64,000 nt of DNA from Harriotta raleighana (GCA_050575255.1 JBNZDD010013698.1:2952304-3016303), one strand, 5' to 3'. Numbered from the stretch's first letter, positions 1-12,069 are shown. The notes: generated by a model not told the origin, from the sequence alone. Made by a program: numbers and translations.

Positions 1-359
1 GCAAAATACACCACTGTATTTGGGTAAAAATCACTAAAACCACAGATCATCAGATATGTTTGGATGATAATTTTGTTTTCTGTCAAATTGATCTTATCCT
101 TCGAGAATACCTACAATCCACAAGACTGTCCTTCCATCATGGCATCAAGCTGTCCAGCGCCCTGGCCTCAACCACATTTTCTTGCAACCGGTTTCATTTA
201 TTATTGTGGATAAGAAATACTTCCTCTACTGAAATTGTACTTTGTAATTGTAAACCTATGTTCCCTTGTTCAACTTCTTGGTGCATTGCAAAGTATTGTT
301 CTCAGTTTACTTTCCAATCCTATTTAAAATGTTATACAGCTGTACAAGATCCCTCTGAG

Positions 360-642
360 GCATCTTCTATCAAGACTGCAGATCCCTAGGCTATCTAATC
401 ATTGCCTTCAGCCACTCTGCCCCCAACCTCTGGAACTCCATTCTGCAGTTCCTCCGCCTCGCCCCCTCCCTGGCCTCCTTCAAGTCTCGCCTCAAGACTC
501 TCCTGTTCAATGGTGCCATCGGTGACTCCTAATCACCCTCATCCCCCCCATCCTCAGCTCAGGTCTGAAGCAGTAACTGTCCAGCGCCTTGGGACATCCT
601 CCTGACGTGAAAGGCACTATACAAGTGTAATTTTGTTGTTGC
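360..642 (+). mobile_element. L2 LINE 3' end fragment
   Basis: L2-type 3' sequence GCCTTCAGCCACTCTGCCCCCAACCTCTGGAACTCC ... GCGCCTTGGGACATCCTCCTGACGTGAAAGGCACTATAC followed by a (TTG)n tail; the same end recurs many times in the window. Confidence 0.8.
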
Positions 643-1014
643 TCTCAGCTTCTTTCTCTAACATTTTCTGCTCCCTTTTCACTATCCAATGGCCTCTACT
701 AGAAGTTAATATATGACCATCAGGCAAGAAGAGAAACAGGCTCAACCGTGATTCTACTCCTTCCCCGTCCCTCGACTGTCAACTTGTTAATGGACATAGA
801 TTTCCAGTTTAAGATTCTCTTGCGTCCTATCACACATCTTTGGTGTTCAGATTGAGCTACATCAACTGGAGATAAAGTCAGTGCCAATAGATAACCTCTT
901 CAGAAATCGGTGCAAAACTAATTGTAATACGGTGACATGACCACGAACAGCCATCTTAAAGATTGACTCATGAAAGCAGAACAGAGACAGTCCTGGTAAA
1001 TAATCCGCTAGATA

Positions 1015-1178
1015 AAATTGGTCATTCACTTTCATGCCTCTTTGTGGGATACTGTTTTGTGCAAATTGGCTCCCGTGTTTGCTTGCAAAGTACCCCACAA
1101 TAAACCCTGTAAGACGCTTTCAGATGTCCTCCCTACTTGAAAAGAGCTACCTCAAATGTAAAGATTACTATTATTATT
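1015..1178 (+). mobile_element. SINE 3' half (older copy)
   Basis: TTGTGGGATACTGTTTTGTGCAAATTGGCT body and an (ATT)n tail matching the window's SINE consensus. Confidence 0.65.
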
Positions 1179-2077
1179 TTCCAGAGCACTAGCTGAGTAA
1201 TTGCATACAAAGAGTATTAGCCAATGTGTAGCCAACGAGCAATTTCAGATCCTGTGAATGAAGTGTTAACTGAAACACAGATGAAAACTTCAGACCCAAG
1301 CAGTTTAATATGAATCAGAGTTAAAATATCGATATAACAACTGACTGCATCAAACAATTTTCTTCTATCATCTCTATTCAAAAAGAGCATTCACAACATG
1401 ACTGTGANATCAAACAATTTTCTTCTATCATCTCTATTCAAAAAGAGCATTCACAACACCCAGTAAATAAATTTTCCAACATTTCACAGTCATTCAGTTC
1501 TTAGGCTTTAGCAATTGACCTGAAGTTAAATCAGTTTATGTCACATCAGCCCATCCCCAGGTCAAATCCAAGGAGTGATTGCACAATGCATCCCCTATGC
1601 AAAGCAATATCTACTAAGACTGAAGAATATTTTAATACTTAAATTTAGATAAATAAATAATCCTTGGTATAGCGCCTTTCACTTCAGGAGGATATCCCAA
1701 AAAGCTTCACGGGATATCTTCTAAGAAAACATGAAAAGCTCCATATCAAACACAAGTATTATTATTATCAGAAAGTGTTTTGAGATATACAATTCTCAAG
1801 TTAACTTTTCATGTCTCAGGCCCCAAACAACATAATGATATAGTAGTTAGTGCCTGTGTGAAATACTGAACACTTCCCATATACAAGAAGTAATAATTTG
1901 ACTAGACATATTTTCAAATCAAGTAGCGTACATTTCCTCCTCACTATTAGTGAGCATGAATCATTGCCATGGTAACTCTCTAACTAGTCTCATTCCTAAA
2001 ATTTTGGGAATGTGGGCTGCAAAAAATATACACATGCATAAAAACCAGCATCTAAATACAGTAACATACAATAAGAT

Positions 2078-2252
2078 CAGTGTAACTCAGTGGTTAAAGC
2101 ACTCGCCTTATGTGTGAGTTTGTGTTTCGAATCCAGGCAGGTCAAGGCGAAATCTTGGGCAAGTTTTCTTACTCCACATGCCTGATAATAATCCATCCCA
2201 AAAAAATTATATTTTGGATATTGGATATATCAAATGCAAGGATTGTTATTAA
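2078..2252 (+). mobile_element. tRNA-derived SINE, internally deleted
   Basis: A-box TAACTCAGTGG and B-box GTTTCGAATCC head joined to the tail ATATCAAATGCAAGGATTGTTATT; central body missing. Confidence 0.8.
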
Positions 2253-2899
2253 TAAAACAAAACTCCCCAGTAAGATCCAATCCAATAACCAAGACATTCA
2301 CATACTCCATTAACCATCACTTTGATAAAAGAATAGGAATTGGTAAATATGGCAAGGACCTCGAAACAATGCAGGTTTAATCACTGGACCACAATGAGAG
2401 AGATTTTAGTCGAGGTAATGGTATGCTACAGAGGGCTTCAGCAAGCCAGGTCAAAGGAGTAAAAAGTGAGTAACTTCCTGATTATTTTGCAGCAATCTTT
2501 TACATAGAGACACTGACCAAGTACTACAGCAAATGAGATTGGGAAACGTAGCATGGAACAAAGTTCAAACCCAGAACCTTTATGTTATTTAAGAAATATA
2601 ACAGCCATATAGGTATTAACACTGAATGTGGAATTGATTACACTCATAGCAAGGACCTGCTTAATTTACTGCAAACTTCATTGGTTGTATGATATTTGAT
2701 CTCCTCATCTTGAGGAAGGCATGTGGTTATCCAACAGTTTCAAACATGAAATGTTTATATTTCAGATTCAATTTCCAACAAAAATACCATAAACACATAC
2801 AATGAATCAACGATTGGGAGATCATTCCCTCAGATGATTTGATTTTAGTGTTAAATGGTTTACTGTCAACCTCTTCCACATTTCCATACGATTTACAGA

Positions 2900-3250
2900 T
2901 CTATGGACGTGTAATTCAGAAATTCTGTGGATTTAAACTGGCTTTAGAATGGGTATCCAATTTAGGTAATTCATAAATATAAAAAGAGACACAGCAAAGG
3001 ACGGAGGACAGAGCTTCGAGTAAGACCAATCTCAATAACATTTAAGTCAGACAGTGATCCATTAAAAGTAACTTATTGTCTGTTCAAATAAGACTTGAAA
3101 TCATCTTGGAACATTTTCCAATCAATTCATTTTGGGCAGTTTATCTGGGATTTATCAAGAAAGCTTATTTCTTGGAGACAGTGTGGGAGGTTTTCAAAGG
3201 TGAGAATGCTACCAATGTGCCAGGCTGTCATCGAATCTGCCCGATGCTTG
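2900..3250 (-). mobile_element. Ancient LINE reverse-transcriptase relic
   Basis: Minus strand reads approximately FKSYLNRQ*VTFNGSLSDLNVIEIGLTRSSVLRPLL, a decayed form of the RT motif WFxSYL..R.Q.V..NG..S......GVPQGSVLGPLLF. Confidence 0.55.
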
Positions 3251-3987
3251 TCCAACGAGGACCAACCCTCCACTCTAGCTATTTGGCTAGCAGGTTAATA
3301 GGAGTGACGTGAAACAAATAATTACCTCAGTAAATATGAGCATTTGTTCACAAACCCAGACACTAAGTCATTCTTTCCAGCAGGTTCTCTCAAGCCCTCA
3401 AGTTTCCTGATTAGCTATTCAATGGACATCTACCTTCAGTGTAGTGTGAGGCCACTACAGACAGCCACCTTAATGTTCTAAAATCTGGAAGTTCTGTTCC
3501 AATGTCATGTACAAGGCTCACTCAACACTAGCTGCTTAATACAAGTCCTCCTGTGATGACTTTGCAAAAATAGGGACTGCCATGAACCATAGCAATGTGC
3601 TTGCTGACACACAACCTACAATGAGGGGGAGGGTAGAAAGGTGTCCAACAATAGTCAAATAGATAGCTCTTAAATTGGGGTTTGAATGTAAGAAATGAGG
3701 TGGTGAGGAGGAGCTTGGAGTTCCAGAGAGTGGGTAGCAATGGTTAAAAGTTCACCCACCAATTGATAGCTTTAGAAGAACTAATCAACTTGAGATGATT
3801 ATTGGAGGATATCCATGGACAGTGATGCCCAATTACATCAGTGTCTGCACTTCAAAATGTCTTCCAATTATGCCCTCAAACTTCCTAGTTCTTTGAAAGG
3901 AACCAATTTTATCAGGGTCAACTGTGTCCTGCTCTCCCACAACAGTGGTGTAAATAGCAGCTTGGTGCTGCAGAATAGTGTCTTGGG

Positions 3988-4045
3988 ACATAAGAAATAG
4001 GAGCAGGAGCAGGAGTAGGCTATTCGGCCGATCGAGCCTGCCCTA
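3988..4045 (-). mobile_element. CR1 LINE 3' terminal fragment
   Basis: CATAAGAAATAGGAGCAGGAGCAGGAGTAGGCTATTCGGCCGATCGAGCCTGC is the reverse complement of a CR1-type 3' end. Confidence 0.7.
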
Positions 4046-5179
4046 ACACAGACTGCATTTCCTCCATAGGACCTCATATATCTCTCACTGACTCACAACA
4101 ATTGGTTCAAAGCAGTCTCAGGTTGGAGCAAAGAGCAAAAGGTCCGTATGTCATACATGGGATTCCCTAAAGGGGACATATGCAACATCCAAGGGTCTTT
4201 TTCATATCAAAGCCATTTTCTTGACAAGTGTTGTTTTGTGAGCCAGCAGCAAATGAGGTAAACAATATGCAGAGCTAAACAGGACATTTTTCTTTATCTA
4301 GAGGGTAATTAATAACTGGAACAGTTTACTAGAAAGTATGGTTGAGGCAAGGATACTGGACTTGTTAAAAACAAACTTCATGCTTTACTGGATTTGTGGG
4401 AGGGTGGATATTCTCGTAGCTTGAGATCAAAGAGGCCGAAGGGCCTCCTTTATCCGAACAATCCAATGATAAAAATCTTCCTGGAGGCTTTTCACATTTT
4501 ATATCTGTGCTCTCTGATTGTGCACTAAGAACATAATGTCTAAAAGCTGTTTACGTCATCAGCAAAGAGATGGGAATCTTGAATAATGAGATAGCTCTGG
4601 AGAAATCTGAATAAAAAGTAAACCAAGAGCTTAAAAAAAGAGATAATGTGCACTTTGAAGGGTATTAAAATTACATCCAGAACAGCACTAACTAATTGCT
4701 ATAATACTCTTGATAGAAAAAGAGGGAAAACCAGGAATAATATTGTAAATTACATATTAAAATGAGAATTTGCATTTTCAAAGCACTTCATCAAATTGTA
4801 CCTTATCAAAGCACTTGACTTATAATTAATGTTGAGTGTAGTGACTGTGGCTGCAAACATGGCAGCCATTTGCTCCACTACATCGCCAACTTTGCTGTTG
4901 CTACCTGTAACGCTCTAACACAGCCAAAATTCTCAACCACATCTCTGTCATGTATGGACTTGATTTCCAACAGCTGATCACCAGCTTTGCCAGCTCCACA
5001 AACTCTAGGTCACACCAAATTCTGTAGCTGACAGACTCTCTTGCATCAGGTTCCACAGCTCAACACTCCCATAGATACCCAACACCACAAGCTTTCTTTG
5101 CTATCAAACCGATCCTTGTCCTTGTTTGAAAATGCCTCCAGGGCCTCATACTGCACACCAACTCTAGATCTCATGCGAC

Positions 5180-5458
5180 TGGCCCTCCTTCGACTTTGCC
5201 AACCATCTTTTGCCATCCCTCTGGAACTCTGTCCCAAAATGCCTCTGCCTCCCATCCCTTCCCTCTTTGGTTTCCAATGCTATGAGAAAACATACCTCTT
5301 TGTTTGCAGCTCCCACCTCTCCACTCCTTCACTTCCCAACCCATCCCTACACACATATACCAGTTGCCCTCCCAATTTGGCTTCTTTCCAGTCTTTGTAA
5401 AGTGCTCTGAGATATTTTCTCAACATAAAATATGCTATATAAGTGTAAATCCATAATA
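5180..5458 (+). mobile_element. L2 3' fragment, decayed
   Basis: CTCTGGAACTCTGTCCC body ... GTAAAGTGCTCTGAGATATTTTCTCAACATAAAATATGCTATATAAG tail. Confidence 0.55.
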
Positions 5459-5527
5459 ATCCTTGTATATAGTTCAGCAGCTTTCACGTTAGGAGTACAT
5501 CTCAGTTAGCATAATTAAAAGGTGTAG

Positions 5528-7070
5528 TGACTATGTATTTTGCAGGTGAACATGGCAACCAATTTGGGCACAACAATGTCCAACAATTAGCCATGACAAT
5601 CAATTTTATCTGGTGAATTGTTGGTCATCTGTCATATTTGATAGAATGTACATCTGACAATGCAATCTTCCCACGTCTGAATGTTAGTCTAGACCATGAT
5701 CTTAATTCCCATAGTTAATAGTTGAATGATTAACAATCTGAAGCTCAGTAGTTTGAGTACTCACCTCGCAAGTGGGAGACCTGGGTTCAATTCCCGGCAT
5801 GGCAATACCTTGGGCAAGTATATTTTGTGGGCAAAACACAGCAGCCAATTGCTCACTGTAGTATCCCACAAACAGATGTGGATTTTGTGACCAAAAATCT
5901 CATTTTCGGAGGGATTATTACCCCTTGGAAAACAATCCGCCAATCCATTTATTTCTCTCTACTTCTGAAACAGCTTGAAACACGTGTGCAAATACAAGTT
6001 CAAATCTTGGAACAGTTCTGAATAAAATGTTATAGTTATGGGTTCCATTAGCCAGAAGATGCCCTAAAAATACATAAGGCTATTCACAAGGTAAAGCAGT
6101 TGAGTAGTTAGCTGCAGCACAGCATGTTGTCCTCACTGCAAACAAGTGAATAATCTGCTTTCATGTCTTTTAAAGAAACTGGTTCTGATTATGCACATGT
6201 TAACTCCACTCTCAATGTGTTTCGTGGTGAAGTTATATTAACTGCAATCAGAATCATGTGACAGAGGTCTGTTCTATTGCACATATCACTGTAAATATNT
6301 GACTATGTATTTTGCAGGTGAACATGGCAACCAATTTGGGCACAACAATGTCCAACAATTAGCCATGACAATCAATTTTATCTGGTGAATTGTTGGTCAT
6401 CTGTCATATTTGATAGAATGTACATCTGACAATGCAATCTTCCCACGTCTGAATGTTAGTCTAGACCATGATCTTAATTCCCATAGTTAATAGTTGAATG
6501 ATTAACAATCTGAAGCTCAGTAGTTTGAGTACTCACCTCGCAAGTGGGAGACCTGGGTTCAATTCCCGGCATGGCAATACCTTGGGCAAGTATATTTTGT
6601 GGGCAAAACACAGCAGCCAATTGCTCACAGTAGTATCCCACAAACAGATGTGGATTTTGTGACCAAAAATCTAATTTTCGGAGGGATTATTACCCCTTGG
6701 AAAACAATCCGCCAATCCATTTATTTCTCTCTACTTCTGAAACAGCTTGAAACACGTGTGCAAATACAAGTTCAAATCTTGGAACAGTTCTGAATAAAAT
6801 GTTATAGTTATGGGTTCCATTAGCCAGAAGATGCCCTAAAAATACATAAGGCTATTCACAAGGTAAAGCAGTTGAGTAGTTAGCTGCAGCACAGCATGTT
6901 GTCCTCACTGCAAACAAGTGAATAATCTGCTTTCATGTCTTTTAAAGAAACTGGTTCTGATTATGCACATGTTAACTCCACTCTCAATGTGTTTCGTGGT
7001 GAAGTTATATTAACTGCAATCAGAATCATGTGACAGAGGTCTGTTCTATTGCACATATCACTGTAAATAT
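5528..7070. repeat. 771-bp direct duplication across a single N (likely assembly artefact)
   Basis: 5528-6298 matches 6300-7070 (offset 772) with N at 6299; I saw two substitutions (5857 T/6629 A, 5901 C/6673 A). Confidence 0.9.
5743..5947. mobile_element. tRNA-SINE with inverted body (second copy 6515-6719)
   Basis: Sense tRNA-like head to TTGGGCAAGT, then the SINE body in reverse orientation (TATTTTGTGGGCAAAACACAGCAGCCAATTG...). Confidence 0.75.
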
Positions 7071-7076
7071 AGTTAA

Positions 7077-7681
7077 CCCTCGTCGAAGGCGACTTTATCG
7101 ATTGCAAATTCAAATATACGCGACGAAACAAAAGCATCACGTTTTTCAGCAGTGAGCGTAAAACTTGTGTATATGCGCTGGCTGGCCCCCTCGCACATGC
7201 GCATGTGTGAGTTCGCCGACAGCCGCCGACTAAATTCGATGATTCCTCGGCTGGCTGGTCCCCCGCGCATGCACACTTTTGACGAGGCCGGCAGATCCCG
7301 ACTAAAGCCGATGATTCCTTGGCTGGCTGGCCCTGCACGCAATGCATTCCTGGGTAAGGTTTAGATAACTGTTCGGCATGATGTATTGCATGGTAAATAG
7401 AAGAGACAGAATGAGAGACAATCTCTTACAGAGCCCGAGCGGCTCCCCCCTCGTCCATCCCCAGCCACCGAGTGGCTCTCCCCCCAGCCCCCGAGCGGCT
7501 CCCACCCCACCTGCCCCGGCCCCCGAGGGGCTCCCACTCCGCCCCCCGAGCGGCTTTCTGCGGCTTGAGCTAGGTAGCCTGCGACTGGATTTGCCTAACT
7601 CCCCTTTTCCCATTACTTCTCCAACGCGATTTCGTTGAGTGCCCAGTTTTCCAGGAATGTAACCTCCGTGATCGATGAGGG
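7077..7681. mobile_element. Non-autonomous piggyBac-type element (MITE)
   Basis: TTAA at 7073-7076 and 7682-7685; termini CCCTCGTCGA.../...TCGATGAGGG (imperfect TIR starting CCC); CpG-rich interior with internal repeats and no transposase. Confidence 0.85.
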
Positions 7682-8721
7682 TTAACTTATTTTAAATGCA
7701 GCATATCAGAATAGCTAAAATGGGGATATTTTGTAATTGCTGGTGATTTGCAGTATAGATACACGCTAGTCTTAATTGTGCAATACTAATGGTACAAAAA
7801 AAATCATAAAACTTGAAATGTTAACTGCTTCGGGGGGTAAAATAGGTTTGTTTGTTCCACTATATCTGCCATCATTCAAGAGCAACACAGCAAAACCCCA
7901 ATAAAAGGCAGTAGATGAGTTGGCATCCCAACCAACCTTACAACACTAAGCTGTGATCCCTAGTCACCATTGCATGCTTCCAATCACATTACCTGCAAAA
8001 TCATTGTATGTACATGCAGAAAGCCCACATTTTGAACTGTTATGCACTTTGATGGAGAAACTCGATTTTCTGTCTGCATTTTGGAATTTTAATCGGTGCC
8101 CATGTAAGTAAACCTGTTTTTCAACAATTTTTACCTTTGATAGAGCACCCAACTTTGAAATATACAAAAGTACGTTCGCAAATAATTCTGTGAAATGTAG
8201 TGTATTATCTGTATTCGTAAACAAAACGTGGCAGCCAATTTGCCACTAATGTTGCCACGCTAATGGTCACTTAATAATAATAACAATAATAATCCTTGCA
8301 ATTGATCACAGCATTGAAACATCTCATTATTTGGGGGATTGTTGGTCAGAAAACTGCGAGACACTCCCTTTGCAAAGTTGTGCAGCTTTTCTCAAGGGAT
8401 GAAATTCAGAAAAATCTTCCTCCCATCTGCACTGACACAGAAGCAGTGCAGGCAATCAATCCATCAATCAAACATTAATAATAATCCTTGCGTTTGATAT
8501 ATGCTCTTATGATATTAAAGAGATGTTACCTCTCTCATCTAAATACAACATTACTCCATTATAATGTGCCCCATTTTTCCATGAGAGTGTTTACATCATT
8601 CTGCGTGGACACATAAAACACAAGAAACAATGATAATGGTAGCCATTTTAACAGTTAGCGATGTCAGCTATGGCTGTTTTTACAGTAAACAAAATTACCC
8701 CTCCTTATAATTCATACTTAC

Positions 8722-8793
8722 CTGCTCATTTGGCCCCCAAAGCAAATGAGTTTCACACTCCTCATCTAAACTCTCAACTGAAAGTTTTGACAT
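8722..8793 (-). CDS. Candidate alternative first coding exon, MSKLSVESLDEECETHLLWGPNEQ (phase 0), gene unidentified
   Basis: ATG at 8793 opens a 24-codon frame ending at a perfect donor CAG|GTAAGTAT; in-frame stop upstream; non-repetitive context; weak Kozak (C at -3). Confidence 0.45.
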
Positions 8794-8854
8794 GGGGCTT
8801 TTTAGAACAATTTCCAACTGAACTTCCCACTAATGGGGCTGCCAAAATGACTGG

Positions 8855-8912
8855 AGATAACAAAGAGCCCTTTGCAGCCACAATGGGCCTGATTACACAA
8901 TGATATTGCACT
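8855..8912. promoter_or_regulatory. Cluster of SOX motifs including a SoxE-dimer-like site
   Basis: AACAAAG-agcc-CTTTG (8859-8874, inverted pair with 4-nt spacer), ACAATGG (8880) and ACAATG (8897), just upstream of the candidate exon on the minus strand. Confidence 0.45.
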
Positions 8913-9039
8913 AATATGCATTGCTACTGAACACGTCCACTTCACTCAACTATGATAGGTAAGCATTATCTGTTCTTCCATCCACACACCCCCACCCTCA
9001 TTCATAAGAAGTTCATCGATTTCTGTATGAAATTCTGTG

Positions 9040-9370
9040 GAGTCCAGTAGCTCGGTGGTTAGGCCACTCACCTCGCAAGCAAGATTCCTGGATTCAATTC
9101 TGAAATGTCAGGCAAGTTTTCCTACTCCACACCCCTGTGTTTATCTATCTGTAAGTAGGAATTTGGTTGTTAGTCGATTGGCAGTTCACTTTTCCACAAA
9201 TTTAATTCCTTCAATCCATGACTGTTTGTGGGGCACTGCTGGGTTCAATTGGCTGCCATATTTTGCCCATAAAATATAGTCAAATCACTTTACAGTGAAC
9301 ATTTTGTGAACAGCTTTGAGACATCCCGAAGAACTGATAAAGCCTATGTCAAATGCAAGGATTATTATTA
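9040..9370 (+). mobile_element. Full-length tRNA-SINE, long subfamily with extra internal domain
   Basis: Head GAGTCCAGTAGCTCGGTGGTTAGG...GGATTCAATTC, extra domain GTTTATCTATCTGTAAGTAGGAA...GTTAGTCGATTGG, body and (ATT)n tail. Confidence 0.85.
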
Positions 9371-9379
9371 TACAGTATA

Positions 9380-9758
9380 TAGTAAAAGCTTGTTTCTCCG
9401 GCACCCAACCAACCGGAACGCTCAACCCCCAACCGGTATCTCCCAATACAATTCACCATTCCAGCAATCTCATATCGGAACCATCCGGGACACTCGCAAG
9501 TATGCTCACTTATTAAACTTAACGAACGCTGGAATTTTTATTTTACCGATCATTTCACAGAGTGTGCTGGAATGCTTTATTGGATAAGTATCCATAAAAT
9601 ATTCTTTTATTATTTAGTCAACTATTAATATGGTATGTTTTAAAATAAGTAAATTTTTTGTGAAGGATTTTTGGCAACTTGCCGCTCGAATATCCGGCAT
9701 ATTTAATTAACCGGCAATGGTCTGGTTCCGATGGTGCCGGATAAACGAGCGTTTACCG
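9380..9758. mobile_element. pogo/Tigger-type MITE
   Basis: TA flanks; TIRs TAGTAAAAGCTTGTTTCTCCGGCACC / GGTGCCGGATAAACGAGCGTTTACCG. Confidence 0.8.
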
Positions 9759-10394
9759 TATATATTAGCAATGACTGACTCATTTGACTACCTCTACAAA
9801 TTTTGCCAGTTTTGAAGAGTTCACAGTCACTGTCATGTCTCAGAGAATTTACACTTTTTAGTAAACTTGCATTTTGATAAACACAAAATATCAATTCTCT
9901 TTGCTGAGGTTACCAGTTAGTTTAAACTTTGTTGTGTTGTTTTTACATTTTACACAGAAAAGATTTCTTACAAAAATGTAGTCAAGAGTACAGACCCTGC
10001 ATTGATATAGAAGATACTACAAGGTAAATTACTAATTGTCTTATTTCCCTTCACCTATTCCGTCCAATTCGCAACAACTGCAGGCTCATAGCGCCTGAAT
10101 TCATCTCTCATTGTCTGTCTGACATCTGAGCGTTGAATAATTATAGTTAAATAACCATCCATCAAATTCACTCTCCAACTACTGATACAGACTGGTGATG
10201 AAAGTTTTTGGGCGGAGGAAATAGTAACAGATCTATTCAAGGACACAAGTATGAAAGCGTGGAATACAAAACAGTTTTTTTCATCCCATCCATATCTCGT
10301 ACCAAATCACCCCAGTCCTTGCCAGACTCCACTCTCTCCCTGTTGCACATACACTTACAAATNACTGACACTTCCCTAATTCTCGAATTTGTTT

Positions 10395-10682
10395 ACCCTC
10401 CACCTGCCCTCTCTGCTCCTTTCGCTCGGCCTATACTGGTATCCTGCAAAGACTCTCGTGCCCTTCACTCCACTATCGGCAATTGTGCTTTCAGTCACTA
10501 TGACTGTAACTCCTTGCCACCTCCTTGTCCATCTTCACGTCACACCTACTGTCATCTACCCTCTCTTGCAGGCTCAGAATGTAATTCCAAGACACTGCTC
10601 ACTGAAGGGCACTATATAAATAAAGGGGACGTCCTTCTACCGTGAAAGGCAAAATTTTGCAATTTTGTTGTTGCTGCTGTTG
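10395..10682 (+). mobile_element. L2 3' fragment
   Basis: CCACTATCGGCAATTGTGCTTTCAG body ... GGGACGTCCTTCTACCGTGAAAGGC and a (TTG)n tail. Confidence 0.6.
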
Positions 10683-11544
10683 TAAATGCAACTTGTTGGT
10701 AATAAAATGCACACAATTAAATTGGTGTACTTTTTCAGGATATTTGTAGCAATTTGTATANCTGCTGTTGTAAATGCAACTTGTTGGTAATAAAATGCAC
10801 ACAATTAAATTTGTGTACTTTTTCAGGATATTTGTAGCAATTTGTATATTTGTATTTTGTGGTGAAGCTACAGGTTTGATTTATAAATTGCATTTAAATT
10901 AAAATTTACCTTTAGAAATCGCCTTTGACACCAGAAGAAGATGCAAAGCGCTTCATAGCACTGGATGGATACTCGAGGTGGGGAGGGGAAAGATGACCTA
11001 ATAGATGCACATGAAAATATTTCCAGACTCTAGAATATCTCAGATTTCAGCATCTCATTACAGAGGCAGAAAGTTCTGGTGTCCAATAATATCAAAGAAT
11101 CGCAATGTGTATCCAGCTACGATCTGACCAGCTGGAAGACTAAAGGGTGACCTAGAAAATCTCTTCAAAGATTATTATATATGAATGGTTAAATTGGAAC
11201 GCATTTCCACTAGTCACTGAATCAACAACAACTTACATTTACATAGCATCCTTCACACGGGATATGTTGAAATCAATAATGAGATGGGGCCAAATGTAAG
11301 GTATTCGAAAAAATGAATTAAATGGGAAAGGATTATTTGATAAGAAGGTAGTTGATTCCCATTCTGTCAGAGAAAATGGCCAATTTGTCAGTCATTGGTC
11401 ACTACAATCTATTCCGGGTTTGGGCAAAGCAGGAAGTGACACTGGCATGAACCCAATGCCCAGATGTGACTATTTTAAAGCACAATGTTAACTGGAATGT
11501 GGGAAACACCTCAATGAGTTTAGGTCAATTCTGCACCTCCATTC

Positions 11545-11838
11545 ATAATAATAATCCTTGTATTTGATTTAGTGCTAGTCATGTTTTCTAGATGTCTCAA
11601 AGTGCTTCACAGAATATACTGTAAAGTGAATTGACTATATTTGTAGGTGAAATGCGGCAGCCAATTGCACACAGCAGTGTCCCACAAACAGACTTGGATT
11701 GAAATGACCAATTTTTATTATTCCTTTTTTCTTGAAGGAATCATTATTAGGCATGTGAAGTAGGGAAACTTGCCCAAGGTTTCACCCTGATCTGCCTGGA
11801 TTCGAACACAAGTCTTACGCTTGTAAAGCGATTGCCTT
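11545..11838 (-). mobile_element. tRNA-SINE, near full length
   Basis: (TAA)n-TCCTTGTATTTGAT tail through GGATTCGAACAC B-box in reverse orientation. Confidence 0.85.
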
Positions 11839-11991
11839 ATTTAAAGATTATTACTGAGTATTACTGTAATTCTTCCAGCAAGAATTACGGGCGGGAGTAG
11901 GTGGGGCAATAATGGAGGACTGAAGCAGTCGCAAATTGCAGCACTAACAAAGAGGTGGTGCAATCAACAAGCAATACAAATCTATTAAACA

Positions 11992-12069
11992 TGTTCTGAT
12001 ATTCCTCAGTTCAATTGAATTGAATCATGAAAAACTTGACTAAAACTTGAACTGAGGAATATCAGAACA
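11992..12069. repeat. Perfect 23-bp inverted repeat with 32-nt spacer
   Basis: TGTTCTGATATTCCTCAGTTCAA (11992-12014) and TTGAACTGAGGAATATCAGAACA (12047-12069). Confidence 0.95.

Noticed and set aside
6961-7638. Overlapping Pro/Gly-rich ORFs
   Set aside because: By-products of the GC-rich repeats inside the piggyBac MITE; no transposase motifs
8714-8724. U1 snRNA 5' end (ATACTTACCTG; similar at 62131)
   Set aside because: No further U1 sequence follows; it is the reverse complement of a splice donor
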